The position numbers and the translations under genes were made by a program. Under the pieces are notes generated by a model. The model ran no database searches and was not told the origin of the DNA. It worked only from the letters and a program-made list of their open reading frames with translations. Positions 1 to 10,033 of a stretch of 64,000 bases of DNA are shown in pieces. The stretch is taken from contig JAHLWP010000004.1 of the NCBI GenBank assembly GCA_019057865.1, forward strand, positions 1-64,000, written 5' to 3'. The stretch comes from Promethearchaeota archaeon. Its GTDB lineage: Archaea; Asgardarchaeota; Lokiarchaeia; Sigyniarchaeales; SOKP01. Positions within the stretch are counted from its first letter, which is position 1, and every line of letters starts with the position of its first letter.

Positions 1-204
1 TTACGTCTTTTATTATAATATTTCTTATCTTGGGCGTGTTATTTCTTTATTTGTTGCTCGGTCTTTCGATTCTTTCGTTATTTAAACAAAAAAAACCAAG
101 AACAAATTTTTTTAGAGTTTAAGAACACTAGGAATTTTGATTTATTCTGAAAATTATTTCAAAATCTTTTTTTGAATATTTTTTAAAAGGTTATTTAAAA
201 AAAC

Positions 205-3200
205 TCAAAATTGAGAAGTGTATATTGCAAGATCTCCATACTCATATAATTTTTTCTTGTAGAAGGTTGATATTAAATCTCTATATAATTCTGAATTATT
301 TAGGTCAAGGATAAAATACTGAATATTATTTGTTTTTAAATGGTTAATTACTAATGGCAAGTTTAAAATACAATCTTCAATGTTATAAAATGGTTCCCAA
401 GAAAAATTAAAAGCATCAAGAGAAGTGTTCCAACCATAATCATTTAGTCCTGAGGCTAATTTCATATTTTCTACCTGACTTAAATTATTTAAGAACTTAA
501 ATTCTCCATAATCGGCCCCATTAATAGTTATTTTCCAATTATTTTGACTTAATCCCGTATAATTTCCATCTGTACATTCAAAATCAAATTTTAATTGATA
601 CCATGCATCATTTTCTATATCTAGAATTTTATTATAACTAGTTCCATTGTAATAACAAAAAGCATCAGAATTTATTGAAAATAAGATCCCTGTAGTATTT
701 TCAAAAGAAGAAAAATCTATCTCAAAAAGATTTGATTTGTTTGTAGTTCTTATAAAAAACTCAATAGATCCATATTCTTGAGCAGAATTGAATTTAATAT
801 CAACAGATACAGAACCATTATTATTTTGATCATTAAAATTTAAAATACTTTCATGACTATCTAATTCTTCTATAAAATCAACGCTGCAGTCCGAATCAAA
901 TTCATAAGTAATTTCCCAGCCATATTGACATCCATAATAAAAGTTATCACATGCTTCTTTGATTTCCAACTCAATAAAATATATAGGGAATGGTCCCATA
1001 TCAAGCAAATGATACATTTGATATCTATCAATCAATATTTTAGAATTACGGGGAATATTTTCTGTAACCCAACCGAACATTTGAGCTTCTTCATCTTCAA
1101 TGTTAAAATCTCGGTCATATAGACCACGATTATAAATACTCATTCCGGCAATCATTGTATTTGAAAATGATAAGAAGATTAACGCAGAAGTAAAAGTTAA
1201 ATAAGGAATTAATTTCTTAGTTTTATTTAAATTTTTTATAAGTCTTTTCGAATTAAAATTTTTTATTAATTTTATTATTCCTATTGAAGAAAAAATGGAT
1301 AGAGGAATTATTAAATAGTACCAATTTCGAGTATACCAATACATCATATTGAATGATTCATTAGAAGGTATCTCTGAAAGAGTATTAAATGGATATTGTA
1401 ACCATCTTCTAAATATTAAAATTGATGCTAAACCAATTGTAAAAAGACACCAAGATAACAAAACATAAAATAACTGTCTATTTTTTTTAAAACAAAAATA
1501 AGATAAATAGATTCCTAAAATACCAATTAATCCTATATTAGCAAATATGAGATCTAAGTAAAATGTAAAGAAATTTTTATTAATTATCAAAAAAGGGGTC
1601 ATTATTTTTACTACGATAATATGTAATATTTCAATTATCAAAAACTCAGAAAAAATGAATAAAATAATTTTAAAGATGAATTTTGAATTAATTTTAAATT
1701 TTAAATCTATTTTTTTATCTTTAGAAAAATTTTTAATATAAAATCTATAAATAAGAAAATTAAGGACGAAAAATCCAAGAAAAAATGTGTAAATAATTAT
1801 CGCATTGAAGAATAAAAACTTATGTTGAGTAAGCAGAGTTACTCCAAGAAATCTTGATAAAAACACAGAAGGAATCCAACTAAAAAAGAATCCTGATAAC
1901 ACATCAATAGATATAAATAATAAGATAAAAAATAATAAAAAATTCAAAAATAATTTTAAATCTTGGCTTTTTTTATTTGAAAATATACAATATATAAAAG
2001 TTAGAGATATTCCAGCAATAGCTGGAAGAAAATAGGTCATATAACTTTGTAATAAAAACAAAGCAGCAAAAAAAGTAATTATAAATCTCTCAGTTTTAAA
2101 AATTGGTTTAGTTTCTGATACATTTGAAGTTTTAGCTATGATAATAAATAAAGCTATTGATAAAAATAACGTAAAAAAGGCATAACTTCTAAAATTAAAA
2201 TAAAAAATTCCTGCTCCTAAAAATGTTGCTTCTATTTGCCCTATGGATAAATTAATTATATAAAATAAATTAGAAAATATTACAATGAAAATAGTAGATA
2301 ATACAACATAAATCTCTTTAAATTTATGTAATAGAGCCTTCATTAACAAATATATTGAAGTTATAAATAAATACAAAAAAGGAAATAATATTGCATTAAC
2401 ATTAAAATAGGGTATTCCGCATAATGTACTTAAACTAAATGAGATATACCCCCAATATGTTGTATACATACGAAATATATCCCAATGGGTAGTATCTGGA
2501 CGTCCAATATAATAGGCATACTCAATTCCTCTCCAATTGTCAATTGGCATAACATATTCAAAGGAAAAAAAGATCCCAATAGCAACAATAATAATCCCTA
2601 TTGCTATAAATATAATTAGAGATGTATATTTTGATATTTTTATCTCTATTGTATTTAATTTTATTTCCTTATTATCTCGGAGTTTCTGAATCAAGAAATC
2701 AAAAACAAATAAAAGTACAATTGTTATAAATAAAACAATTGCAAAAAATGCTCTAAGCAATCCAAATCGATCGAGAATAAAAGTATAACATCCTAAAAAT
2801 GTAAAGGACAAAAGAGGATAAATAGTTATCTTAAGTAAAAAAGGTTCCACATGGAATTTCTCATGGAGTGTACTATTTGGAAGTAATATTTTAAAAATGC
2901 ATGCCCCTGGTAGGAATGCGCCTCCAATAAGGAAAATGATAGCTCTAAAGTGATTGAAAAATCCAATATGTTCCCAATTTATCATTGCATCAGAAAAAGA
3001 GATTGGAGGGATAAAAAAAGTAATTACCATAAGGCTCATTAAAATAATTTTGATAGAATTTTCGTTTAAAATTTTGAAATTAAATAACGTTTCATTACTC
3101 TCATTACCATGACTTAAATTAATGAAAAAGTAAAAAATCCCGATGATAATTATAGCAAAACCTATTAATGATACAATTGGGAGTTCATAATTATTAGGAA

Positions 3201-3300
3201 TAATATATAAATTTACTAAAAAAAGAAAATAGGCAATTATAAAACTAGCAACAAAAGCAACTACAATAAAATTCCTAAAAATATTTATTTTGTTTCTCAA
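205..3300 (-). CDS. Large polytopic membrane protein, probable GT-C-fold glycosyltransferase with a LamG/ConA-like beta domain in the C-terminal soluble region
   Basis: About 720 aa of consecutive hydrophobic helices, then a soluble part (WVTENIPRNSKILID...IQYFIL...KKLYEYGDLAIY) interrupted by a beta-rich segment (GSIEFFIRT...WYQLKFDF...WKITING); TTG start. Confidence 0.55.
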   Translation of the reverse strand: MRNKINIFRNFIVVAFVASFIIAYFLFLVNLYIIPNNYELPIVSLIGFAIIIIGIFYFFINLSHGNESNETLFNFKILNENSIKIILMSLMVITFFIPPISFSDAMINWEHIGFFNHFRAIIFLIGGAFLPGACIFKILLPNSTLHEKFHVEPFLLKITIYPLLSFTFLGCYTFILDRFGLLRAFFAIVLFITIVLLFVFDFLIQKLRDNKEIKLNTIEIKISKYTSLIIFIAIGIIIVAIGIFFSFEYVMPIDNWRGIEYAYYIGRPDTTHWDIFRMYTTYWGYISFSLSTLCGIPYFNVNAILFPFLYLFITSIYLLMKALLHKFKEIYVVLSTIFIVIFSNLFYIINLSIGQIEATFLGAGIFYFNFRSYAFFTLFLSIALFIIIAKTSNVSETKPIFKTERFIITFFAALFLLQSYMTYFLPAIAGISLTFIYCIFSNKKSQDLKLFLNFLLFFILLFISIDVLSGFFFSWIPSVFLSRFLGVTLLTQHKFLFFNAIIIYTFFLGFFVLNFLIYRFYIKNFSKDKKIDLKFKINSKFIFKIILFIFSEFLIIEILHIIVVKIMTPFLIINKNFFTFYLDLIFANIGLIGILGIYLSYFCFKKNRQLFYVLLSWCLFTIGLASILIFRRWLQYPFNTLSEIPSNESFNMMYWYTRNWYYLIIPLSIFSSIGIIKLIKNFNSKRLIKNLNKTKKLIPYLTFTSALIFLSFSNTMIAGMSIYNRGLYDRDFNIEDEEAQMFGWVTENIPRNSKILIDRYQMYHLLDMGPFPIYFIELEIKEACDNFYYGCQYGWEITYEFDSDCSVDFIEELDSHESILNFNDQNNNGSVSVDIKFNSAQEYGSIEFFIRTTNKSNLFEIDFSSFENTTGILFSINSDAFCYYNGTSYNKILDIENDAWYQLKFDFECTDGNYTGLSQNNWKITINGADYGEFKFLNNLSQVENMKLASGLNDYGWNTSLDAFNFSWEPFYNIEDCILNLPLVINHLKTNNIQYFILDLNNSELYRDLISTFYKKKLYEYGDLAIYTSQF

Positions 3301-3463
3301 ACCTATTTACTATTAAAATTTGATTAAAAATTGTTAAGATTTAATTAATTTTTCTTCATAAATGTTTCTTTTACAAGAAGAAGAACCATTAAAAGTCAAT
3401 CGATTATGTTGAAAAAAGGTCATATAAAATTTAATAAAAAAAAAGAGTTATTTCATTTGATAA

Positions 3464-3569
3464 ATTAAACATTGTTCAGATTTTAAAAATAACATAATCA
3501 TCGAAATAGAGGTTTGTTCAAACCCAGCTTGTTTCAATTTAATGCCCAAATTAAGGATGGGTTTTTGAA
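3464..3569 (+). promoter_or_regulatory. Candidate Ile-rich leader frame and switchable hairpin upstream of ileS
   Basis: Frame 3464-3568 reads IKHCSDFKNNIIIEIEVCSNPACFNLMPKLRMGF*, with ATT as first codon and no upstream ATG; inverted repeat TTCAAACCCA (3517-3526) / TGGGTTTTTGAA (3558-3569). Confidence 0.35.
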
Positions 3570-3684
3570 ATAAATGATTTAGTAGGTTTTTTAAAATTTA
3601 TATTCACATATATAAGTATTTAGGTGAATTCATTAAGTTTTTTAATTTGAATTTCTTATAATATACAATTACATATTCATTTAG

Positions 3685-6600
3685 ATGATTTTCGTGGAAA
3701 TATTAGATAAGAAATTAGATTTACTGAAGTTAGAAGAAAATATACTTGACTTTTGGGAGAAAGAAAATATATACTCCGAAATAAGGAAGAAAGAAGAAGG
3801 AAAGGAAGTCTGGAGATTTATTGATGGTCCTCCATACACTACAGGTTTGATTCATATAGGTAATGCATGGAATAAGATTTTAAAAGACTTTTTAATTAAA
3901 TACAAGAGGATGCGAGGGTATAAGGTTACAGATACACCTGGATATGATACTCATGGATTACCAATTGAAGTTCAGATGGAAAAAGAATTAGGAATTAAAA
4001 ATAAACAAGAAATTCTTGATTATGGTGTAGATAAATTTATAGAAAGTTGTAAGGAATATGCAAAAAAGAACCTTAAATTAATGAATGAGCAATTTAAACG
4101 TTTAGGATGTTATTTTTGGGATTGGGATAATCCATACATAACATTTAGAAATAGTTATATTGAGGGAATCTGGTGGACATTAAAGAAAGCTTGGGAAAAA
4201 GATTTATTATATCAGTTTTATAGACCTTTAAATTGCTGCCCGAGATGTGCAACGGCTCTTGCAAAACATGAACACGAGTACAAGAATATTGAAGATACTA
4301 GTTTGTTTCTGAAGATAAAATCTGTTGATATGGAGAATACATATTTTATTATTTGGACAACGACTCCTTGGACCTTGGTAGCTAATGAGGCTATTATGGC
4401 AAATCCATTTGCCGATTATGCTAAGGTGCATGTTGAAGATCTTGATGAATATTGGATTCTTTCAAAAGTATCAATAACTCATCTGATTTCGGGAGAATTA
4501 GGATATAAATATAAGATTGTAGAAGATTATAAAGGTGAGGACCTCGAAGGAATGAAATATACTCATCCATTATTAGAAGAAGTACCATATCAAAAAGAAT
4601 TAGCAAAACAAAGTGATACAGTTCATTCGATTATATTATCTGAAGAATATGTTTCAGCCTCCGAAGGTGTTGGTTTAGTTCACTCTGCACCTGGACATGG
4701 TCCTGAAGATTTTGAAGTTGGTGTTGCGAATAATATTCCTGTTTTTACTCCAGTAAACATAAGAGGCGTATACACAAAAGAAGCAGGAAAATTTGCTGGG
4801 AAGTTTGTTTTTGATACAAATGAAGAAATTTTAGAATTATTGAAAGAAAAAGGAACGTTAATACTAACTAATGAACTAGAACACGAATATGCTCACTGTT
4901 GGCGTTGTGATTCGAAATTGGTATATAGGGCAACCAATCAATGGTTTTTTAAGACAGAAAGCCTTGTACCTGAGCTGCTTGAAAAAAATAATGAAATTTA
5001 CTGGGTTCCAGATTGGGCAGGTAATAGATGGTTTAAAAGTTGGTTATCTAGCTTAAAAGATTGGTGTATATCAAGACAACGTTTTTGGGGGATTCCTTTA
5101 AGTGTATGGATATGTGATAATGAAGAATGCAACGATTTAACAGTAATAGGTTCAGCGAAAGAATTAAAAGAATTAGCGGGAGAATGTCCAGACGATCTGC
5201 ATCGTCCATGGATTGATAAAGTTACTTGGAAATGTAAAAAATGCAATAATGGAATAAAAAAGAGAATTCCTGACATTTTAGATGTTTGGTTAGATTCAGG
5301 TTCAGTAATGTGGGCTGCCCATGAAGTTTATGATGGACATAGTCATTTTGATACTTGGATTCCTGCAGATTTTATAATTGAAGGTAAAGATCAGATAAGA
5401 GGATGGTTTAATACTTTATTATGTAGCGCAATGGTTTCATCTAGACGCAAAAATTACAATTCTTGCTATATGCATGGCTGGACCTTAAGAGAAAAATTAA
5501 AAATGAGTAAATCAAAAGGAACTCAAATTTATCCCGAACATCTTATTGAGGGTACTTTAGAGGGACTTAAAAAAAATAAATCTTATTCAAATATAAAAGG
5601 AATTGAAACTTTTCGCTTTTATTCAATAGGAGTAACACAGCCAGGTAGAGATTTCAATTTTGTAGTGAAAGAGTATGCTGATACTTATAAAATTATAAAT
5701 ACAATCTGGAATGTTTTTGTATACGCTAATGAAAAATATAATTTAGCTGGATTTGATCCATCTAAGGTAAAACTGGATGAAAAATCTCTTAGTAAATTAG
5801 ATAAATGGATACTTTCAAGATTACATTCCACGATTAAAAAAATTACTGAATTAGCGGATAATTATAAGTTACCGTGGATTACGGGTGAGATAAGAGACTT
5901 AATTGTAAATGATATAAGTAGATGGTATATAATGCTAAATCGGGAAAAACTTGATATATATTCTGAAGATCCTAATAAACTTTTGATAATGGCTGTTCTT
6001 TATCGTGTTTTATATAATGTTTTACTGTTATTAGCACCGGTTAATCCGATGATAAGTGAAGATATATTTCTTAAAATGTATAAACCACACTTAAAATCAA
6101 TTGGCTTAGAAGATACAAAAAGTATTCATTTACAAGATTGGCCTGAATATAATGAGAAAAAAATAGATTTAAAATTAGAGGAACAAATGCATTTTACGCG
6201 GGAATTAATAGAAATTGTCAGGGCGATAAAGGATGAAAATAGAATAAGATTAAGATGGCCAAATAAAAGAATAATAATCGAACCTAACGACGACATGCCA
6301 AAAATAGAATTTCCAGAGATAATTAAAAAAGTTGGAAATGTTAAAGAATTAGAAATAGTGAAATCTGTTAAACAATCAGATAATTTAATTAAAGCTGAAT
6401 CAAAATTCTGTAATGTTTATTTAGATGTTTCAATTGATGATGAAATATTATCTGAACGAATAATCAATGATTTATTAAGAAATATTCAATTCTCTCGGAA
6501 AAAAAATAATTTTAAAGTAGGAGAAGAAATAACATTAACAATTGGTACTAAAACTGAATACTTAAAGAAATATCTTGAAAAGAATAAAGAATTAATATCA

Positions 6601-6834
6601 TATAAAGTAAGTGCAAAAGAGCTTGAAATACTTTTGGATGATTTAACACAAGAGAATGGCAAAGTATTCGCAAAACTAAATATATGTCCTAATAAAGAAT
6701 GCTCTGCTTCATTGAAAGATAATATAATCTCTAAACTAAAGAAAAAAGTTGCATTAAATTGTCCATATTGTAATTCTGCTATCAAAGAAGATACCATTAA
6801 TTCAATAACATTTAATTTAAAAAAAATATTGTAA
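3685..6834 (+). CDS. ileS: Isoleucine--tRNA ligase (archaeal/eukaryote type)
   Basis: DGPPY, HIGN (HIGH-like), WTTTPWTL, DWCISRQRFWG, EGKDQIRGWF, KMSKS. Confidence 0.97.
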   Translation: MIFVEILDKKLDLLKLEENILDFWEKENIYSEIRKKEEGKEVWRFIDGPPYTTGLIHIGNAWNKILKDFLIKYKRMRGYKVTDTPGYDTHGLPIEVQMEKELGIKNKQEILDYGVDKFIESCKEYAKKNLKLMNEQFKRLGCYFWDWDNPYITFRNSYIEGIWWTLKKAWEKDLLYQFYRPLNCCPRCATALAKHEHEYKNIEDTSLFLKIKSVDMENTYFIIWTTTPWTLVANEAIMANPFADYAKVHVEDLDEYWILSKVSITHLISGELGYKYKIVEDYKGEDLEGMKYTHPLLEEVPYQKELAKQSDTVHSIILSEEYVSASEGVGLVHSAPGHGPEDFEVGVANNIPVFTPVNIRGVYTKEAGKFAGKFVFDTNEEILELLKEKGTLILTNELEHEYAHCWRCDSKLVYRATNQWFFKTESLVPELLEKNNEIYWVPDWAGNRWFKSWLSSLKDWCISRQRFWGIPLSVWICDNEECNDLTVIGSAKELKELAGECPDDLHRPWIDKVTWKCKKCNNGIKKRIPDILDVWLDSGSVMWAAHEVYDGHSHFDTWIPADFIIEGKDQIRGWFNTLLCSAMVSSRRKNYNSCYMHGWTLREKLKMSKSKGTQIYPEHLIEGTLEGLKKNKSYSNIKGIETFRFYSIGVTQPGRDFNFVVKEYADTYKIINTIWNVFVYANEKYNLAGFDPSKVKLDEKSLSKLDKWILSRLHSTIKKITELADNYKLPWITGEIRDLIVNDISRWYIMLNREKLDIYSEDPNKLLIMAVLYRVLYNVLLLLAPVNPMISEDIFLKMYKPHLKSIGLEDTKSIHLQDWPEYNEKKIDLKLEEQMHFTRELIEIVRAIKDENRIRLRWPNKRIIIEPNDDMPKIEFPEIIKKVGNVKELEIVKSVKQSDNLIKAESKFCNVYLDVSIDDEILSERIINDLLRNIQFSRKKNNFKVGEEITLTIGTKTEYLKKYLEKNKELISYKVSAKELEILLDDLTQENGKVFAKLNICPNKECSASLKDNIISKLKKKVALNCPYCNSAIKEDTINSITFNLKKIL

Positions 6835-7033
6835 AATCTTTAATTTCTCTATACCAGTTTTAAAGAATGATTTTCTTTCTGATAGTGAATTAGAAAAAAA
6901 CACATCATAATATTTTTTTTGCAAGTCCTACTTTTTCTAAGCACTTTAATTTCTTAATAAATTTATAGGTAGAATGAATTTTATTCGAATTTTTATGATA
7001 AGTTTTAAATAAAAAGTTGATAAGTTTTATATT

Positions 7034-8593
7034 ATGTCTAGCAAATCTAAATTAATAGTTGGATTAGTTTTGTTAGCTGTTGGTGCTGGTTTAGTACCGA
7101 CCGGATTTTTTATAAACCAATATTTAGTCGATCAAGTATATGAAGGTGTACCTGAAGCACTTTTAAAAATTAAAGACGATGCGACTGAAAGTTTAGAAGA
7201 ACAAATACCAGGATTAGCTACTCCTGATGTTTTAAATAGTCTAAAGGACGAGGCAGTAGCTCAATTGCCTTTAATAATCAATGGGTCAGGAGCGGCTAGA
7301 GTAATTAACCAAACAATAGATGGGGTTGCTTTTTTCATTGGTTTAACCGCTGCTAAAGATCAATTTTTTAATAGTCCAACCTTTCAAGCAGATTATGGTA
7401 CCCCCCAAGGTGTATCAGATTATTATGATACTCTATTAGCTTTTGATTTAAATATTACTAATCTTGGTTATACAACAAATGCTCAAGATTATTTACTATA
7501 CGGGAATGGATCTTTACCAGGATTAATAACCGATCTCGAGTTAGGAACAGGCGTTTTAGGATATATGGAACTTTACCTTAATGCGTCATTAGGTGATATG
7601 CTATTAAATTCTACAATGCAATTTTATTATAATGCCACATGGAGTCAACTAGAAGCTCTCGCGGGATATATTAATAACTATTTATGGGAAGTTGTAGTTA
7701 AGGCTTCATATTCGGGATACGGATTTACAATTGAGGAGTTTGCTGAGATGATATTTTATGCTCAATGGGCAAATGGTTCACAATTTGTGGATCCAATTGA
7801 TTTGAGTCTTTTCAAGTCTGGGGTACCACCCGGTACCACTGGTTTGGAAGCGGGTATTCCAATACCAACTAACCTTACAGTGTCTACTTGTATGAATCTC
7901 TGGGATGGTTCAAATCCCTTATCATTTGTTAATGATTTAGGAATAATGGCATGGTTTAATGCCTCATATCAAACTATGATAGAGATGGCTTTCAGTATTA
8001 GTACTCCTCAATATCTTCTGGTTCTTGGTTGGTTAGGCAATTTTGTTACAACTCTTACACCAATATTAATTTTAGCTGAAACAGGATATACAATACCAAT
8101 GCTTGCACTATTTGCTTTCTATGAACAATGGGCAAATGGTACTGTCTTTGGTGAATCTATTTTACCAGAGGGATTTTTAAGCAGGAGGGATCCTCCTATT
8201 TATGGGCCACCCTATTGTGAAGTAGGATTAACAGAAGGAGCAACAGGTTTAACCCTTACACAAACTATGGCACTCTGGGATGAGGCAAGTGATTATTCAC
8301 TTGTTACTGTTAGGGGAATTAATAAATGGTATAGCGCAAAACCCTTTAATAGTACTGCTTATGTAGCTTTAAAATTATATAATGGTGTACTCACTGATGT
8401 TCAAATGGAACAAATTCTTGATTGGCTACCAAAGTTTAGAGATGATATTGTCAATAAACTGGCAAAAGATGATAAAGATTTACCGATGGAACCATATGAT
8501 CTTGGTATGGCTATACTTATTGGTTTAGGAGTCGGTGGTGTAGCATTAGCAGCGGTAGGTATAATATTTTTAATATTATCCAGAAGATTTTAA
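7034..8593 (+). CDS. Membrane-anchored surface protein with N- and C-terminal TM helices and internal QWANG repeats
   Basis: Hydrophobic ends with a basic C-tail (RRF); repeated blocks FYAQWANGS...MNLWD...GIMAW and FYEQWANGT...MALWD...GINKW. Confidence 0.6.
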   Translation: MSSKSKLIVGLVLLAVGAGLVPTGFFINQYLVDQVYEGVPEALLKIKDDATESLEEQIPGLATPDVLNSLKDEAVAQLPLIINGSGAARVINQTIDGVAFFIGLTAAKDQFFNSPTFQADYGTPQGVSDYYDTLLAFDLNITNLGYTTNAQDYLLYGNGSLPGLITDLELGTGVLGYMELYLNASLGDMLLNSTMQFYYNATWSQLEALAGYINNYLWEVVVKASYSGYGFTIEEFAEMIFYAQWANGSQFVDPIDLSLFKSGVPPGTTGLEAGIPIPTNLTVSTCMNLWDGSNPLSFVNDLGIMAWFNASYQTMIEMAFSISTPQYLLVLGWLGNFVTTLTPILILAETGYTIPMLALFAFYEQWANGTVFGESILPEGFLSRRDPPIYGPPYCEVGLTEGATGLTLTQTMALWDEASDYSLVTVRGINKWYSAKPFNSTAYVALKLYNGVLTDVQMEQILDWLPKFRDDIVNKLAKDDKDLPMEPYDLGMAILIGLGVGGVALAAVGIIFLILSRRF

Positions 8594-8749
8594 AGCAGGT
8601 AAAAAGTATAATCCTAATTAAAAACTTTTTTTATTCTATATTATTCGTTGAATCTAATTCTATTTTGTTATTAAGAGAGATATATTGAATAAGTATAGTT
8701 AAATAGGATTTAAAGCAAATATTAAGAATTTATTTTAGCTAAAGAACTA

Positions 8750-9805
8750 TCAATTAAAGTTACTTCCACTTTCTTTTTTATAATATTCGCACCAATAGTT
8801 AAACATATCTTTCAGAGTGTTTTCTAAAGATACTGTTATTTCCCAACCTAATTCCTCTTTTATTTTTGAATTATCTCCAAAAATGACATCTTCATCAAAT
8901 TTCCTCAATTTATTTGAGACATTTTCAATTACTTTAATTTTCTTACTTGAAAGATTTAATACCTTATCTAAAATCTCACGAATCTGAATTTTCCTATTTG
9001 AACAAACATTATATGTTTCTCCCGGCTTTCCTTTTGTAGCAGCTAACCATATTGCCTTCATTGAATCTTTTATATCTGTAAAGTCCCGATAGGAACTTAG
9101 ATTTCCTACTTCAATTACCGGTTCTATTAATCCTAATTCAATTTTAGCAACCTTACTTACAAAATCAGCACATGCATCACCTACTTTTCTAGGACCTGTT
9201 TGATTAAAGAATCTTAAGTTAATTATTTCTATTCCAAAATTTAAATAATATTGTCGAGCAAGGAGTTCGGTGGCTATTTTACTAATTCCGTAAGGATGAA
9301 TTGCTAATAATGGATCAGTTTCTTTTAAAGGGCGATTTAATTTAGTTGTTGTACCAAATTCGGCACTAGTACAAGCAACTATAATTCTAGTCTTAATTTT
9401 AAATTTTTTAATAGGTTCAAAAATATTTAAAGTTCCAATAACATTGATTTCTATGGTATTTACAGGATTTTCCCATGAGGGTATGACTAAAGGCTGTGCC
9501 GCAAAGTGAAAAATATATTTTGGTTTAACATCTTTAATTATTTTTTCTAATAAAATTGAGTTTTTTATATCACATTCTATAATTTTTAATTGTTCATTTT
9601 CAGTTGGAATTTCAATATTTTCTCCAAAAATTTTTAGTTTTTCTTTCCTTGAGAAAAATATCTTTCCATTAGTATAATGAGCTAAATTTCTATAAGTTTG
9701 ATCAGGTCTATCTAAAGCATAAATTTCAAAATTTTTCTGTATACAAAAATCTATTAGATGAGACCCTAAAAAACCATTTGCTCCTGTTACAATTATTTTG
9801 TCCAT
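8750..9805 (-). CDS. GDP-sugar SDR (GMD/Rmd/DmhB family), probably a 4-keto reductase
   Basis: TGANGFLGSHL, HFAAQ, TSAEFG, YGISK, RFFNQTGP, RDFTD; likely ATG start at 9805. Confidence 0.8.
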   Translation of the reverse strand: MDKIIVTGANGFLGSHLIDFCIQKNFEIYALDRPDQTYRNLAHYTNGKIFFSRKEKLKIFGENIEIPTENEQLKIIECDIKNSILLEKIIKDVKPKYIFHFAAQPLVIPSWENPVNTIEINVIGTLNIFEPIKKFKIKTRIIVACTSAEFGTTTKLNRPLKETDPLLAIHPYGISKIATELLARQYYLNFGIEIINLRFFNQTGPRKVGDACADFVSKVAKIELGLIEPVIEVGNLSSYRDFTDIKDSMKAIWLAATKGKPGETYNVCSNRKIQIREILDKVLNLSSKKIKVIENVSNKLRKFDEDVIFGDNSKIKEELGWEITVSLENTLKDMFNYWCEYYKKESGSNFN

Positions 9806-10033
9806 AGTAAATTTCAATATTATTTTGCTTTTATTTTTATTTTAATAAACATTTTTCTTTTAAAATAGATCATGAATATATAATCATATTTAAAGTCAAA
9901 TCAGAATTAAAGAATTGCTTTAACTTTTAAAAACACAGCCAAAAAATTTAAAGGATTTTTTAATACTCAATTAATTAGACCATAATTAATTGTTGTTTTT
10001 ATCTTAGAATTCAAATAAAAATGTATAACCATT

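Noticed and set aside
1-204. Possible gene start at the left edge
   Set aside because: Minus-strand frames are closed by stops and nothing is recognisable
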